DNA of 24,000 nucleotides, from positions 488,614-512,613 of the forward strand of contig NZ_CP119676.1 in NCBI RefSeq assembly GCF_029318635.1, written 5' to 3'. This DNA is from Varunaivibrio sulfuroxidans (GTDB taxonomy: Bacteria > Pseudomonadota > Alphaproteobacteria > Rhodospirillales > Magnetovibrionaceae). The notes under the pieces were generated by a model. The model saw only the letters and a list, made by a program, of their open reading frames with translations, did not search any database and had not been told where the DNA came from. Below are positions 22,378 through 24,000 of the stretch, piece after piece (position 1 is the first letter of the stretch; every line of letters starts with the position of its first letter). The position numbers and the translations under genes are program-made.

Positions 22378-24000
22378 TCACCATATAGGCGCGGCATCAT
22401 CAATCAGCAACTGAGGACGCCTGTTTCCATTCCATTCGTTGATGCGCAATTTCCCCGCCATGTGAAAAGGTCGTCCACCGTGCGCCAGCAACCCCGGTCC
22501 CAAATCGCTATCCATGGCGCGAAAGGCGATAGCGGTTATCGTCGCGCCGTCCTTGCCGCGCAAAATGCATCGCACATGGTTGCGCGCCTTGCCGACCGGG
22601 TCGGCCTTGGCGATGCCGACGTCAACAAGGGCGAAACGCGGTTCCGGATTACCGCTACCGAAGGGACCAAGGCGGGACAGGGTTTCCACTAAGGCGACGG
22701 TGGCGGCGCGCACTTCCATGGCCCCATCGAGATAAAGATCGTTCACCCGCGTGCCTTGAATAACTTGCTCGGCCAAGCGGTCGGCGAAAAAGCGCCGCAG
22801 GTCGTCGAGCCGGTCCTCGGCGACGGTGAACCCCGCGGCCATGGCGTGCCCACCTCCCTTGACTAAGATTCCCGCCTGGCGCGCGGCGATCACGGCGGCC
22901 CCCAGATCAACCCCTAAAATGGATCGCCCCGATGCGGTCCCCTGCCCCTGCGCCAGGGCGACGACACAGGCTGGGCGGTTGAACCGTTCCTTCAGACGCG
23001 AAGCGACAATGCCGACAACTCCCGGATGCCACCCCTTTGCGGCGACGACCAATACCGGGTCGTCCAGGTAATGGGCTTCGGCTTGCGCCAGCGCTTGCTC
23101 CAAGACCGCGCCTTCGATGTCCTGGCGTTCACGGTTAAGCTCGTCGAGCCGGTGGGCGAGAATTTTCGCCTCCTCGGGGTCATCCGTGCGCAGCAGGCGC
23201 GCGCCTAAGTCCGAAGCCCCGACCCGCCCTCCGGCGTTGATCCGGGGTCCCAGCACAAAACCGGCGTGGTAGGCGTTGGGCTTTTCGTCAATCCGCGCGA
23301 CATCGACGAGGGCGCTCATTCCGACGTTCCGCCGAAGCGCCATCACCTTTAGCCCCTGTGCGACCAAAGCACGGTTAACGCCCGTCAAAGGAACCACGTC
23401 GCAGACCGTTCCCAAGGCCACGATATCGAGCCACTGCAAGGGATCCGGCGCGGGACGCGTCTTATACCATCCGGCATTGCGTAAAACCCGATTGGCCCCG
23501 ACGACGAGAAGAAAGGTCACGCCGACCGCCGCCAAATTGCCGTGCGGGCTATGTTCATCCAACCTGTTGGGATTAACGATCGCCACCGCCTTCGGTAAAG
23601 CCGGTTCCGCAGTATGGTGATCGATTACGATCACCTCCAAGCCAAGGTCCACGGCGGCGTCCAAAGAGGCGAATGCGGCGGTTCCGCAATCCACGGTAAC
23701 AACGACGCTGGCACCCTGTTCTTTGAGGCGCGCCATCGCCGCCGCGTTGGGGCCGTAACCTTCGCGCAGACGATCGGGAATGTACACCAGAGCCCGGCCG
23801 CCCACGGCATGAACAAACCGCGCGAGCAAGGCCGAAGAGGTCGCGCCATCGACGTCGTAATCGCCGAAAATAGCGATCAACTCCCCACTCATGACGGCGC
23901 TCGCCAAACGCTCCGTCGCGCCGTCCATATCTTTCAAATGTGCGGGATCGGGCAAAAAATCCCGCAATGTCGGATCCAGGAAACGTTCGGCGTCATCCAA
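22378..24000 (-). CDS. recJ: Single-stranded-DNA-specific exonuclease RecJ (N-terminus lies beyond the right edge)
   Basis: DHH-family motifs are IAIFGDYDVDGATS, DRLREGYGPN, VVTVDCG and VIDHH, followed by the DHHA1 block GGGHAMAAG and a C-terminal OB-like region. The reading frame is open to position 24000, and the apparent start there is an edge artefact. Confidence 0.95.
   Translation of the reverse strand: MDDAERFLDPTLRDFLPDPAHLKDMDGATERLASAVMSGELIAIFGDYDVDGATSSALLARFVHAVGGRALVYIPDRLREGYGPNAAAMARLKEQGASVVVTVDCGTAAFASLDAAVDLGLEVIVIDHHTAEPALPKAVAIVNPNRLDEHSPHGNLAAVGVTFLLVVGANRVLRNAGWYKTRPAPDPLQWLDIVALGTVCDVVPLTGVNRALVAQGLKVMALRRNVGMSALVDVARIDEKPNAYHAGFVLGPRINAGGRVGASDLGARLLRTDDPEEAKILAHRLDELNRERQDIEGAVLEQALAQAEAHYLDDPVLVVAAKGWHPGVVGIVASRLKERFNRPACVVALAQGQGTASGRSILGVDLGAAVIAARQAGILVKGGGHAMAAGFTVAEDRLDDLRRFFADRLAEQVIQGTRVNDLYLDGAMEVRAATVALVETLSRLGPFGSGNPEPRFALVDVGIAKADPVGKARNHVRCILRGKDGATITAIAFRAMDSDLGPGLLAHGGRPFHMAGKLRINEWNGNRRPQLLIDDAAPIW

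Noticed and set aside
1-24000. A window-wide look for CRISPR arrays, IS elements or terminal inverted repeats, integrase or att duplications of the tRNA-Glu 3' end, toxin-antitoxin pairs and defence-system genes.
   Set aside because: I found no regularly spaced repeats, no transposase-, integrase- or nuclease-like translations, and no second copy of the tRNA 3' segment (GGGATTCGAACCC). The only partial resemblance is GGTTACGAACCA at 19334-19345, which matches 9 of 12 positions and does not fold as a T-arm.

Overview
GC-rich proteobacterial chromosomal segment; the taxon cannot be fixed from this sequence alone. I count 18 protein genes, two of them cut by the window edges, plus one tRNA. I saw no CRISPR array, IS or transposase, integrase, phage gene or recognisable defence gene.

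Gene order, left to right:
- (-) N-terminus of a response-regulator receiver, running off the left edge
- (+) YbjQ/UPF0145 protein
- (+) GspA/ExeA-type AAA ATPase with a peptidoglycan-binding C-terminus
- (+) translationally coupled GspB-like membrane anchor carrying an NlpI-like TPR domain
- (-) PAS / degenerate GGDEF / EAL protein, whose stop codon overlaps the stop of the previous gene
- (-) hybrid sensor histidine kinase
- (+) divergent family-3 periplasmic solute-binding protein
- (+) patatin-like phospholipase
- (+) 3-hydroxybutyrate dehydrogenase
- (+) MprF-type aminoacyl-phosphatidylglycerol synthase/flippase
- (+) HI0933/YhiN-type flavoprotein
- (+) feoA-feoB-feoC behind an AT-rich island with a Fur-box-like site
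- a 487-bp gene-free gap
- (-) tRNA-Glu(UUC)
- (+) PPi-type phosphofructokinase
- a bidirectional terminator
- (-) divergent GT-B glycosyltransferase-like gene
- (-) recJ, with its 5' end outside the window

Most of this is ordinary housekeeping or signalling content. Nothing here justifies claiming a new system. The items most worth a second look are:
- the stand-alone GspA / GspB::NlpI-like pair
- the unexplained non-coding gap next to tRNA-Glu
- the feoABC locus, with a three-cysteine FeoC and a Fur-like operator
- the histidine kinase / solute-binding protein / EAL cluster
- the degenerate glycosyltransferase downstream of recJ

All protein family calls come from reading the translations and from remembered family signatures. 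No searches were run.
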